In this document: one piece after another, positions 10,177-23,700 of the stretch
How the letters are laid out: the number at the start of each line of letters is the position of its first letter
Position numbering within the stretch: the first letter of the stretch is position 1
Assembly: GCA_020137815.1 (NCBI GenBank)
Contig: CM035361.1
Coordinates: 3,968,001-4,032,000, forward strand
Direction: 5' to 3'
Source: Hormiphora californensis
Taxonomy: Eukaryota > Animalia > Ctenophora
DNA length: 64,000 bases
Translations under genes and position numbers: made by a program
Notes under the pieces: generated by a model
Databases searched by the model: none
What the model saw: the letters and a program-made list of their open reading frames with translations, nothing else
What the model was told of the DNA's origin: nothing

Positions 10177-12948
10177 CTATTCCTGCTGAGGTACTGTACC
10201 TTGCTCTTCCTTAGGTACTGTAGGCCCCTCAGGCTGAGGTACAGTAGGCCCCTCAGGCTCAGGTACTGTAGGCCCCTCTCCTCGTTCTCCACCTTCTCCG
10301 TGTTCCCCCACGTGTTCTCCCTCTCCTCGTTCTCCGCCTTCTCCGTGTTCCCCCAGTTCTTCATCAAGGGGAGGAGGTGCTCCTTCACCAAAGGAAGGAG
10401 GGGGAGCATGTCCGTTACCATGGTGACGACGACCCTCCTCTTGGTGTTTCTGCTTGGCAAGGGTTACCTCAACATCAACATCAATTTCAAGGTCTGGCGA
10501 TTCTTCCTCATCTTCCTCATCATCTTCCTCATGATGTATGTGGTGATGATGTTCCTCATGATGTATGTGGTGATGGTGACCATGATGTTCTTCTTCTTCT
10601 TCTTCCAGGTGATGCCTAGCAACCAAAAGTTCTGGTTCTTCGTCTCCCTCACTTTCGTCTCCCTCATTCGCTGAGTCTTCTGCGTCTTTCACACTTTTAG
10701 GGGGAGGGGGAGGGAGCTGTCCTCTAGCTACCAAAAGTTCAGGTTCTTCTTCTTCACTTTCGTCTCCTTCATTCGCTGAGTCTTCTGCGTCTTTCACACT
10801 TTTAGGGGGAGGGGGAGGGAGCTGTCCTCTAGCTACCAATACTTCAGGCTCTTCTTCTTCACTTTCGTCTCCCTCATTCGCTGAGTCTTCTGCGTCTTTC
10901 ACACTTTTAGGGGGAGGGGGAGGGAGCTGTCCTCTAGCTACCAAAAGTTCAGGTTCTTCTTCTTCACTTTCGTCTCCCTCATTCGCTGAGTCTTCTGCGT
11001 CTTTCACACTTTTAGGGGGAGGGGGAGGGAGCTGTCCTCTAGCTACCAATACTTCAGGCTCTTCTTCTTCACTTTCGTCTCCCTCATTCGCTGCGTCCTC
11101 AGCATCTTTCACACTTTTAGGGGGAGGGGGAGGGAGCTGTCCTCTAGCTACCAAAAGTTCAGGTTCTTCTTCTTCACTTTCGTCTCCCTCATTCGCTGAG
11201 TCCTCAGCGTCTTTCACACTTTTAGGGGGAGGGGGAGGGAGCTGTCCTCTAGCTACTAAAAGTTCAGGTTCTTCTTCTTCACTTTCGTCTCCCTCATTCG
11301 CTGAGTCTTCTGCGTCTTTCACACTTTTAGGGGGAGGGGGAGGGAGCTGTCCTCTAGCTACCAAAACTTCTGGCTCTTCTTCTTCACTTTCGTCTCCCTC
11401 ATTCGCTGCGTCTTCAGCATCTTTCACACTTTTAGGGGGAGGGGGAGGGAGCTGTCCTCTAGCTACCAAAAGTTCAGGTTCTTCTTCTTCACTTTCATCT
11501 CCCTCATTCGCTGAGTCTTCTGCGTCTTTCACACTTTTAGGGGGAGGGGGTGGCCTACTTTCTCTCCTAGCCAGCAAAACTGCAGTTCCATTATTATTTT
11601 CTCCGAACTCCTCCTCCGCGTCACCTTCATCATCCTTGAACTCCACCTCGACGTCACAGAACTGGAGAGTAGAATCGTTGGAGAGAAGGAGAATGCTACT
11701 ACCAGTTAGTTCACAATCCAGGGTGTATGATAGTATGGTGGCATTGTATGTGATAGTCCCACACAGTTGAGCATCAACGTATACCTAGGAGAGAAATCAG
11801 GATTAGAGAGACGTGTGGCTTTATTTAAAAAAATAGTGTGCACGGTGCCCGTTATAAGGTCGTAAGGACTGCTGTACCTCTCGATTTGGGTCGCAGGAAT
11901 CTGGAATGGCGTCGGTATATATTACAGCTGCCTATCATGAATGCAGAATCTGTATAGTATTCACTATCAGTTAAATTGTATTTACCTTTACTCCATCTAT
12001 CTCTTTTTTCTTGCGACCCTTCAATAGTGGGAAAACAGTGATGGAGGTGACGGATTTAGTTTCCGGGCCCTGGACAGACCAACTTCCCTGTCCCTGTAGG
12101 AAGAATTCGAAATATATGAACATGTTTTAGTACGGAAAATGAGTTAAAATTCAAGTAAATCGATTAAGTTTTGTCATTCAAAACTCTGCATATAATCAAT
12201 CTGGTTTTACCTTTTGTTTCCGATTTGTTTTAAAACACGATTTAGGATTCCCGTCGATGGCTCGAACAGCCTCATGATTTCGAGCTTCACTGCTCGCGTT
12301 CACGATATACCCGGCCGGGGCAGGAATTAGAGCCGGAACTTGCTTCTTCTTCCCTTTTCTCGATTTCTTCCCTTTTTTCCTCCCACGTCTGGTTTCCAAA
12401 GCTTCCCCCTCCTCATCTTCTCCCTCTTTTTCCTCACTTTCGTCTCCCTCACTTTCGTCTCCCTCATTCGCTGTGTCTTCTGCGTCTTTTACACTTTTAG
12501 GGGGAGGTGGTGGTAGTCCGCTGTTACTCGATCTCGCTGTGTCATTTGCTGTGTCTTCTGCGTCTTTTACACTTTTAGGGGGAGGGGGAGGAGGACGGTT
12601 GCTGCTACCTCTAACTAACAATAGTTCAGGCTCTTCTTCTTCACTTTCGTCTCCCTCACTTTCGTCTCCCTCATTCGCTGTGTCTTCTGCGTCTTTCACA
12701 CTTTTAGGGGGAGGGGGAGGAGGACGGTTGCTGCTACCTCTAACTAACAATAGTTCAGGCTCTTCTTCTTCACTTTCGTCTCCCTCATTTGCTGCGTCCT
12801 CAGCATCTTTCACACTTTTAGGGGGAGGTGGTGGTAGTCCGCTGTTACTCGATCTCGCTACCAAAACCGATCTTCTCACTGCTACATTGCTATTTTCGAA
12901 GGATGATGCTCCTAATAGAAGGAGGACCAGTGACAAAAAGAACAACAT
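10177..12948 (-). CDS. Secreted ~817-aa acidic/Pro-rich repeat protein with central F-type-lectin/discoidin-like domain and His/Glu-rich tail (exons 12948-12211, 12093-11986, 11784-10177)
   Basis: Signal peptide MLFFLSLVLLLLGASS. Two phase-0 GT-AG introns join in frame to give AIDGNPKSCFKT..GSWSV..VTSITVF..IDGVKVYVDAQLCGTI..YTLDC..LQFCDVEV. 13 PPPPPKSVKDAED repeats. Confidence 0.88.
10615..11560 (-). repeat. Coding tandem repeat, 105-bp (35-aa) unit x9
   Basis: Unit PPPPPKSVKDAED(S/A)ANEGDESEEEEPE(L/V)LVARGQL, near-identical at DNA level. Confidence 0.95.
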
Positions 12949-12995
12949 AATGGAAATATGTTTTAGCTGTGAATATTCTGAGTTGGTCGGTGGGT

Positions 12996-13002
12996 TTTTA
13001 TA
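12996..13002 (-). promoter_or_regulatory. TATA box of the repeat-protein gene
   Basis: TATAAAA on the minus strand ~50 bp upstream of the ATG at 12948. Confidence 0.6.
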
Positions 13003-13134
13003 GTGTACTGTCGGTTCCCTGCAAAATGGGCTTGGGTTTTGTTCAGGTTTCTGCAAAACAAGCTATGACAATTAAAACGGGGGCGTTCTTTCACGTGATC
13101 TTTTGTTGTGTCATGAGCTGGGGTGATCAAACAA

Positions 13135-13245
13135 TGGACCAGTGACCTCTACAAAAAAGAGCGAATACAAAGGTTCAGTCTCTGCAAAAAAGAGCGAATA
13201 CAAAGGACCAGTGATCTCTGCAAAAAAGAGCGAATACAAAGGTTC
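13135..13245. repeat. Short tandem repeat (~30-33 bp x3)
   Basis: ctct(g/a)caaaaaagagcgaatacaaagg repeated three times. Confidence 0.8.
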
Positions 13246-13834
13246 TCCCCTGGACGTCATGAGCCCTGCAAAGTGCAAACAAAGCTTTGTCAGTGGACGC
13301 CATAGAATGGCCATTCATATTATCATGATAACGGGTCACCTGGTCACAAAGGGGACCAAATGAATCTTATAATATCAAAATGGGGCCAAGTTGGGCCACG
13401 GATTGTTGGTCATGGTTAGCGAGGTGGTGCGTCAAAATGGTGATATAGCTGTGAGAATAAAAATTATGGGAGCACTCTGGATCAATTCTTTGGTAACTTT
13501 TTCCATGATTTTTTGTCGAAAATTCGAAAGCTTTGTTTGTGGACGCCATAGAATGGCGTTCATATTATATGATAACGGGTCGCCCGGTCACAAATGAATC
13601 TTATAATATCACTAGCGCACCCACCGGGTGGGCCTCAAGCACGGTCTGTTGACAACCCACGTCCGGCTCCGCCGGGTGGCCCTATGTCAATGTGGCGCTC
13701 TTTATCCACATATGCAATATGGTTGCCATAGGGCGCACACAGACTGTCCATGCGTGATCATGTCCATAAGTGGGCAAGATTTTGATCAAGTCACGCAGAC
13801 TGATCAAGCTTGATCATCTGATCAAGCTTAGACA

Positions 13835-15455
<1,621 letters not shown>

Positions 15456-15624
15456 ATTTAATAAAGAATGAATAAAAAATTTGCGAGTGCAGGCCCAGCC
15501 GCTCATTAAATTGGGGGCCGATAAATCTATATTTTACTCGGTATATGTATGTATGTATGTGTAATTTCAAGATTGAATGCATCATCTTCGCTGGTGAAAC
15601 GGTAATTTAATAAAGAATGCGGCA

Positions 15625-18600
15625 GGTCGGTAGAACTTCGACAGAATTTAGGGTAGGTCAATTTAGGGTAGGTCTGAATTTAGGGTAGGTCTGAATTTAG
15701 GGTAGGTCTGAATTTAGGGTAGGTCTGAATTTAGGGTAGGTCTTAATTTAAGGTAGGTCCGTAATGTATCGTTTATCAAAGCATTGCAATTCGAGATTAG
15801 GTTCTGATTAGGTCGCTGAACCGCGTCCCGTATCTCGTATCAACTCATTTCAATTCGATCTTAGTCACCGATTAGGTCGCTGAACCACGTCCCGTATCTC
15901 GTGTCAACTCATTGAAATTCGAGATTAGACACAGATTAGGTCGCTGAACCGCGTCCCGTATCTCGTATCAGCTCATTTCAATTCGATCTTAGTCACCGAT
16001 TGGGTCGCTGAACAGCGTCCCGTATCTCGTATCAACATTATTGAAATTCGAGGTTAGACACAGATTAGGTCACTGAACCACGTCCCGTATCTTGTATCAA
16101 ATCATTACAATTCGAGGTTAGACACAAATTAGATGGCAAACGAATTGTTTTTTTTTTCTTAAACAGGTTTCAACTCAGGATGGAACTCTTAAAGTCTACG
16201 TGCATAAACTAATCAGTGAACAGTCAAACAGTCCTAATTTCATTTGATGCGATACGGAACACAGTCTACCGACCTAAATCAGTTCACCTACTTTAAGTAG
16301 TACTTAGTGTCGGTGACTAAGATGGATTGATGGAATTGCAATGAGTTGATACGAGATACGGGACGTGCTTCAGCGACCTAATCTGCGTCTAACCTCGAAT
16401 TTCAATGAGTTGATACGAGATACGGGACGTGGTTCAGTGACCTAATTGGTGACTAATATCGAATTGCAATGAGTTGATACGAGATACGGGACGCGGTTCA
16501 GCGACCTAATCAGAACCTAATCTCGAATTGCAATGATTTGATAACCCTTTGAGGGCGATAGGTCATATATGACACGGTCCATTCTAGACCGTCTGGAAGG
16601 CGCTCCATGATGTCTAGGTGGCTAATTATTTGTCACAAGCTAGTTTTAGGGATTTTGAACCCAAAACCACGTCCAAATCTGCTCGGAAAATCGAAGAAAT
16701 TTTTTTATGGCCCTTCTCGGGAGGCTAATTTAGGCCTTTTTTTAAAAACACCTCTCAAATTTTTGTTTTTGAGGGGCACAAATAATCCTTTGAAGGGATA
16801 AAACTACTTGACATAACAAATCGAATGCAAAAAACCGCATCAAAAAATACTGAAAATTGAATGAGTTATTAACGTTTTAGTCGTTGTATCATATATGACT
16901 CTATCGTCCGTAAGGGAATTCTAGTAACAAATGTCATTTGTGCAAAAGTATGGGTCCAATAGTCAAATTTTATGCTTTGAGGCAGTCTATAGCTATAATT
17001 TCTACAATCTTGAACGGTTTTTACTAGAAAAATACCCCAAATTCTACATTTTGTATCATATATGACTCTATCGTCCCAATTGGTAAATTCTCCAAAAACA
17101 TCCATAACTCGGGCTAGAAAAGGAGCTAAGAGTAAAATCAGGGCACTAAACTGTGTAGAATCATCGTATTAGTGGGGGTAGAGCACATATTTAGGTCGCT
17201 ATATTGCCCCCTAATTGAGATAATTGGATAATTAGCCAATTATCTGTCCCGCGCATGCTAATAAATGAAACTTTGCTTTGGGAAGGAGTTATGAGGCAAA
17301 TGGGGGCACTAAAATGTGTAGAATCATCACATTAGTGGGGTTAGAGCACATATTTAGGTCTCTATCTGGATCAATAATTGAGATAATTGGATAATTAGCT
17401 AATTAGTTGCCCTCCAGCGCTAAAAAATTAAATTTGGCGTAGTATACAAGACAAATGGGGACACTAAAATGTGTAAAATCGTCGCCTTAGTAAAGGCAGA
17501 GCACATAGCTGAGTTTCTATTCCCTCTCCTAATTGAGATAATTGGATAATTAGCTAATTGACGGTTGCATAATGCCCCCTTTTCACCATAAACCGTGGTT
17601 TCTGGCTAATCCTGAGCTCTTTTATTCAATCTAAGGATCTTTTGGCATCCCTTTACCCCATTTGTATCACCTTTGACTCGTTTTACACAATAATATAGCA
17701 CTCTATACAACCCTAGACACCGCCTTCAGCTCTTTAGAACCCTCTTGCTTAATCCTAGACCTCTCATAATTTCGAGATCCATACACCTTCCTAACCGATC
17801 TTTTTTGGGATATCCTATTGCTCCTACAAGACGTTCAACCCCTAATGTACTACAGTTTCCCATTTTATTATTGGACACACAGTTTAGATTCCCCCTACAT
17901 TATTTGTCCTCATCACTCTCACAATCTCATTTGCCACTAAGGAAACTTCTCATGAACTCCATCGGAAATAAAGATGATCTGTAGAAGGCGTTTAGTATGG
18001 TGTATGAGAGGTCTAACTAGGAGTAGCATGAAGCAAGGGGGTTGTACAGAGCTGAAGTCGGCGTCTAGGGTTGTATCTAGAGTGCTATATTATTGTGTAA
18101 AACGAGTCAAAGGTGATACAAATGGGGTAAAGGGATGCCAAAAGATCCTTAGATTGAATAAAAGAGCTCAGGATTAGCCAGAAACCACGGTTTATGGTGA
18201 AAAGGGGGCATTATGCAACCGTCAATTAGCTAATTATCCAATTATCTCAATTAGGAGAGGGAATAGAAACTCAGCTATGTGCTCTGCCTCTACTAAGGCG
18301 ACGATTTTACACATTTTAGTGTCCCCATTTGTCTTGTATACTCCGCCAAATTTAATTTTTTAGCGCTGGAGGGCAACTAATTAGCTAATTATCCAATTAT
18401 CTCAATTAGGGGTCCAGATAGAGACCTAAATATGTGCTCTAACCCCACTAATGTGATGATTCTACACATTTTAGTGCCCCCATTTGCCTCATAACTCCTT
18501 CCCAAAGCAAAGTTTCATTTATTAGCATGCGCGGGACAGATAATTGGCTAATTATCCAATTATCTCAATTAGGGGGCAAGATAGCGACCTAAATATGTGC

Positions 18601-19198
18601 TCTACCCCCACTAATGCGATGATTCTACACAGTTTAGTGCCCTGATTTTACTCTTAGCTCCTTTTCTAGCCCGAGTTATGGATGTTTTTGGAGAATTTAC
18701 CAATTGGGACGATAGAGTCATATATGATACAAAATGTAGAATTTGGGGTATTTTTCTAGTAAAAACCGTTCAAGATTGTAGAAATTATAGCTATAGACTG
18801 CCTCAAAGCATAAAATTTGACTATTGGACCCATACTTTTGCACAAATGACATTTGTTACTAGAATTCCTTTACGGACGATAGAGTCATATATGAAACAGT
18901 GGGCCCAGCAAAAACTACATGTCGAAACTTCAAATTTCTTTTTCGAGGTAGTTTGTGGTAATAATATCTACTTATAAACGAAAAATTAGAAAAATCTATC
19001 GAGCCAATCCTTCTCGTCCTTAAAGGGATAAACGATACGTTACGGACTTACCCTAAATTCAGACCTACCCTAAATTCAGACCTACTCTAAATTCAGACCT
19101 GCCCTAAATTCAGACCTACCCTAAATTCAGACCTACCCTAAATTCAGACCTACCCTAAATTCAGACCTACCCTAAATTCTGTCGAAGTTCTACCGACC
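15625..19198. mobile_element. Fold-back element with 18-bp and ~60-bp tandem subrepeats, interrupted by a piggyBac derivative
   Basis: Termini ggtcggtagaacttcgacag/ctgtcgaagttctaccgacc. 18-bp units gaatttagggtaggtct in both arms. ~60-bp units at 15786-16130 and inverted at 16335-16535. The arm is restored when 16545-19031 is removed. No clear TSD. Confidence 0.8.
16545..19027. mobile_element. Non-autonomous piggyBac-type element with ~880-bp internal inverted repeat, ATAA TSD
   Basis: Ends ccctttgagggcga/tcgtccttaaaggg; ataa at 16541-16544 and 19028-19031; internal IR ~16886-17770 versus ~18010-18895. Confidence 0.85.
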
Positions 19199-20713
19199 GG
19201 TAGAACTTCAACAGAATTTAGGGTAGGTCTGAATTTAGGCCTAAATTCAGATCTACCCTAAATTACCATTGGAGAGCATCTCACCAGTATGATCCATAAA
19301 TGGGTAACGGGCGAGAATTAGACCAAAACCCCACTATCATGTAGCCAAGTCCAGTCTCCAACACCACATGGCTATCGATTATCATATATCTCCAGCACGA
19401 ACACTATCAGGTTGGGAAAAGAAAAACCACACTGCAGTAGCCCAAACTATCTCGAATGGAAGTCATCACCACATACAGGCTTCGTTTAGCCGCGCTGCAC
19501 ACGGCTAGTGTAGGGGTGGCTGTGTCACCAACACATACAGGTAGTACCTCAATATTGCTCCGTTCGCCGTCTCCTGAAAAACTGGCTGGTTTTCCCTAAC
19601 CTGTACCTAGACCTTAAAGCAAAGGGGAGCAAATGGGGTTCAAACATAGTAACGAGTTTTGAACTGCACAAACCTGGCAGTAGAAAACTTCTAAGAAACC
19701 ATGCCAACAAATGTATTACAATCAGGCAGTAAAATAAGGCAGTCAATAAAACTAAAAGCACTTCCAGCTTTCAACCTCGGCCTAATGTTACACAAAAATA
19801 TGCTGTATACATGTATGGATCTGGTCATAAAAATTTAATTGACTAGTTAATTATCTGGTTCGTCGGACCATTTTGTAGAGAAGGAAAAGTATCTTTTGCT
19901 ATTGCTAGTGCGAGCCAGTCTAGCTAGGGGATGAAGTTCCATCCCCTAAACTTCCCTTTACGTGGCCTGAGCGGGACTGTAAAACACCCAGTGTGGGCTG
20001 CCATTGCAGCCCACGTGCGACGTCTCTACGGGACCACTCCTGCGTGTCCCAATGCCCACATCTGTCCTAGCCCGGACAGGATGAAATTAAGGTTCCTTAG
20101 GTTTTGACGGTTGATCCAGATCCATGACACTGGTGTTGCAGCACGATGTTCCCTTTTGTAGCAAGGCAACACCGAGCTTAGGTGCAACTAGTAAAAACAG
20201 CATTTACCCAAATGTGAACTATCAAATGTGAAATATATATTATAAATTGTGCATCATCAAAGGATTAAATAAAGACCTCCGATATAATCAGCCCAAGAAC
20301 TCGCACTTCGCACCTGAAGAAGCTAGTTCTATCTTAATCTCCGTCCCGGAGAACTGACCTAATTCTCACTTCATTCCCGAGAACTCTGGGTCACTCTCAA
20401 CCCAGATGTTGTCTCACCTTCTCTCTCACAAAACACACCATGCGTCAAAGCCCCGTGAAAAGCGAGTTACCGATACCGAGATAAGACTAAAGCAATTACT
20501 GTTTCTAGCCCAAGGCCTCACGTGTTGTAAGGCCTAACGTGTCTAACTCATTCTCTCATAATCTCCTCCACCAACTGCAACAGAATAGATGAAATAATGT
20601 GCATATCCGATACATAGAATATACTAATTGGGTCCCACAATTAGTGAGTGTTTGTAGAGCCACGAAATCAAGATATAATCAATTTCGTGTCCTACATGAA
20701 ATGTAAGTTTTTG

Positions 20714-23700
20714 TTAGACGTGAGTCAGACAATTACGACTGCCTAGAGGTCCTACAATTGCACTGAATTTCAAACTGAATGAGGAAGGGACGAAAATATG
20801 AATTGGATGGGAATTACGGTGAATTACCTCGTCAGGGATGTAAGATGGCCGGGGTCTGCATTCATGTTCACTGATTTCAGCTACAGGGCTTGGTAATGAT
20901 CTTTCAACTGCGGATGAACTCATCTCGTCGCCAGCTGTAGTTCCAGTACTTTCCAAACTCATGTGCTCTAAAGATATGTGCTTGAGTTACGGGAGTTCAA
21001 ATAGTTAGGGGATTGAGAAATATACAAATGAGAAATAATATCAGACTATACAGATGCTACGCTAGGATGAAGGATCATTGCCATACCTGGTGTTGTTCTA
21101 TCCCCAAATTAGTACCGAACCTGATAAAATACCTAAGTTTCCTGCAAAGAGGAGTATCAATGTTCCACTCTCCGTCTCGCACGTGCTTCTTTTCACAGTC
21201 GATGGCCGCCGTCAAAGATCATATCCAGGATCAGTATCGGGGTCACCACACACCGAAGTTAAAATTAAAATTAAAATTTTGATTTTAAACCCGCACACAC
21301 CAGCTGCAGCAGCCGTTAAAATTTCTCTCCCCATTCTAAAAGTAACAATCTCACGCACGATTTTGACGGTCGCGTTGGATGACAAAATTTTAACACACCG
21401 TCAAAATCGCGCGCGAGATTGTTACAGTCCGTCATACACATTTTTATTTGGAATTTTCATTTGGAATTCTCATTTGAAAACCATCCACGCGCATGCACGT
21501 GCAAGCTTCAAACACAAGTTAGAAGTACGGGACCTTCACTAACTTATTTGTTTTGATCCAAGGATCACTTTAGTGAAGGTCCCATGGTTCTAACTTGTGT
21601 TTGAAGCTTGCACGTGCATGCGCGTGGATGGTTTTCAAATGAAAATTCCAAGTGAAAATTCCAAATGAAAATGTGTATGACGCCGCGTTACTTTTAGAAT
21701 GGGGGAGAGAAATTTTAACGGCCGCTGGTGTGTGCGGGTTTAAAATCAAAATTTTAATTTTAATTTTAACTTTGGTGTGTGGTGACTCTCGTTCCAACTT
21801 CCTAGCACAGAACCATCTACAAAGCGCCGTAGGATCTGTCAGAGCATTGACCCTATCAGCTGGGATTATCTCAGATGAAGCTGGTCCCTGATTGGCTGAT
21901 AACCAGTCACGTGACCTAAATAACGAGTTCTGATTGGTCAGAGCATTGACCCTATCAGCTGGGATTATCTCAGATGAAGCTGTAAGATCTGAACTGAAGC
22001 TGAGTATGGGGGAAAACGGAGATCATTCCGACCAGTTGCCTAACCCACGAATCTACAGCAAGCAGACGTTTATCTTCCCCGGTAATTATAGAATGGATTG
22101 AGAGAGAACAGCAGGGATTTTACAAAGATTATCTTGGTACTCAGATAATTTTTAAAGAAATTCCCTGCTGTTCAGTAGCAGCACTAGTGACTAGAGATAT
22201 CTATGTTAGTCTAACTTGGCAGGTGCAGAGTAGAACTTCACTCCTAATAAAAGGCTGCAATAAAAGGCTGCAATAAAAAGGCTGCAATAAAAAATGCAAA
22301 AAGCCAAAAAAGGCTGCAATAAAAGGCTGTAATAAAAGGCTGCAATAAAAGGCTGCAATAAAAGGCTGCAGTGGATCACGTATCCAACTAGACTAAAGCG
22401 GGAAATAGACCGAATCGCCAATTGGCGCCACGTGACGAAAATCAACTTGGCGCCAATGGGCAATGGCGATGGTCATACTATTATTCACTCACCTGCACAT
22501 CGCCAATTGGCACCAAAAGTTAGCGCTATCAGCGCCACGGTGGCGCCATCAGTTTTTGGCGCCAATTTGATGCTAATTTGGCGCCAATGGCGCATCGCCA
22601 ATATTTGGCGCCAATTGGCGCGCAAGACCTAAAGTTCCCCTTTACCTTTCAATGAAAGAGCGAAAAAGAAAAGCGGCAAAGAGAGATTTGGATTTATGAA
22701 ATTCGTTTCAAGCATTGTTCCTCCATGATATATTGTTGTTTCAATGCAACTGCTTACCTAGTTGTCTACTGCAAAGAGGGGCATTAATGTTCCACTCTCC
22801 GTCGGAATTACAGGTCCTCTCAGAGCTACCATCTCGCACGTACTCCTTTTGACAATTAATCGTCACCGTCTGTCCAGGAGCAGTATCGTTCCAACTTCCT
22901 TGCACAGAACCGACTACAACAAACCCGGGACACACTGCAATGGATTGAAATGGTGTTGGGAGATTTTAGTTGCTGCTGATAACGGCTGTTCACCATTATG
23001 AATTGAATAATGGGATAACATGATACCCGTCTATCATTTTGTCCAGCCAGATAGAGAAAACTAAACTTATTCACTGATTATCAATGTAATACATTATTTA
23101 TTTGCTTCTAGTTTATACCTGTTGGTTTTGCTCTGTAGCTGTCAGATGCAGTGTCCATGGAGGAAAATTGTATCTTCCCCACATCTTTTCCATACCGTGG
23201 TACACAGGCAGCTTTAAAACTGTCACTGAACTGGTAGTTCAGAACCTCCACCCCGTTGCACTCTATTCTGAGGTTGGTAGCCGTCTTTCGAATTGTCCAC
23301 ATCTTGTCCACCTCCTCTGGTGGTTGTACTGGGAGGGGGGTCCGTGATCCGGTGCAGTAGCTGATGAAGTATTTGATAGAAGAGGTAAACAACACCTCCA
23401 CCGATCCAATGTAACTCTCATCTGCAGTGAATGTGTTCACATAAATCTTCTCCTCACTCCCGGCAGTAGAGTCGGTCTTGATTTGAAGAGGGGTGCTCTT
23501 CAGATCAAACGGGATCATTTTATCATTTGCCACTGGACTCCACGCTGAAATGAGACATAATAATCTTATTTTATATTGCAGTACCTTGCCAAGCTAGGAT
23601 GCCATTACAGCGCCGCTTGTAGTCGCATAAGGGGAACTGAATGGACGGCGGACGCGTCGTAATGGCAGCCCATCAACTGGAAAACTCTAACTGATAATGG

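Noticed and set aside
10104-13003. Antisense or alternate-frame ORFs over the repeat-protein gene
   Set aside because: Shadows of low-complexity coding repeats.
15625-16540. CRISPR-like regular repeats
   Set aside because: No unique spacers, eukaryotic context, and the repeats are mirrored in transposon arms.
16869-18977. Identical MDVFGEFTNW ORFs on opposite strands
   Set aside because: A consequence of the internal inverted repeat of a non-coding transposon.
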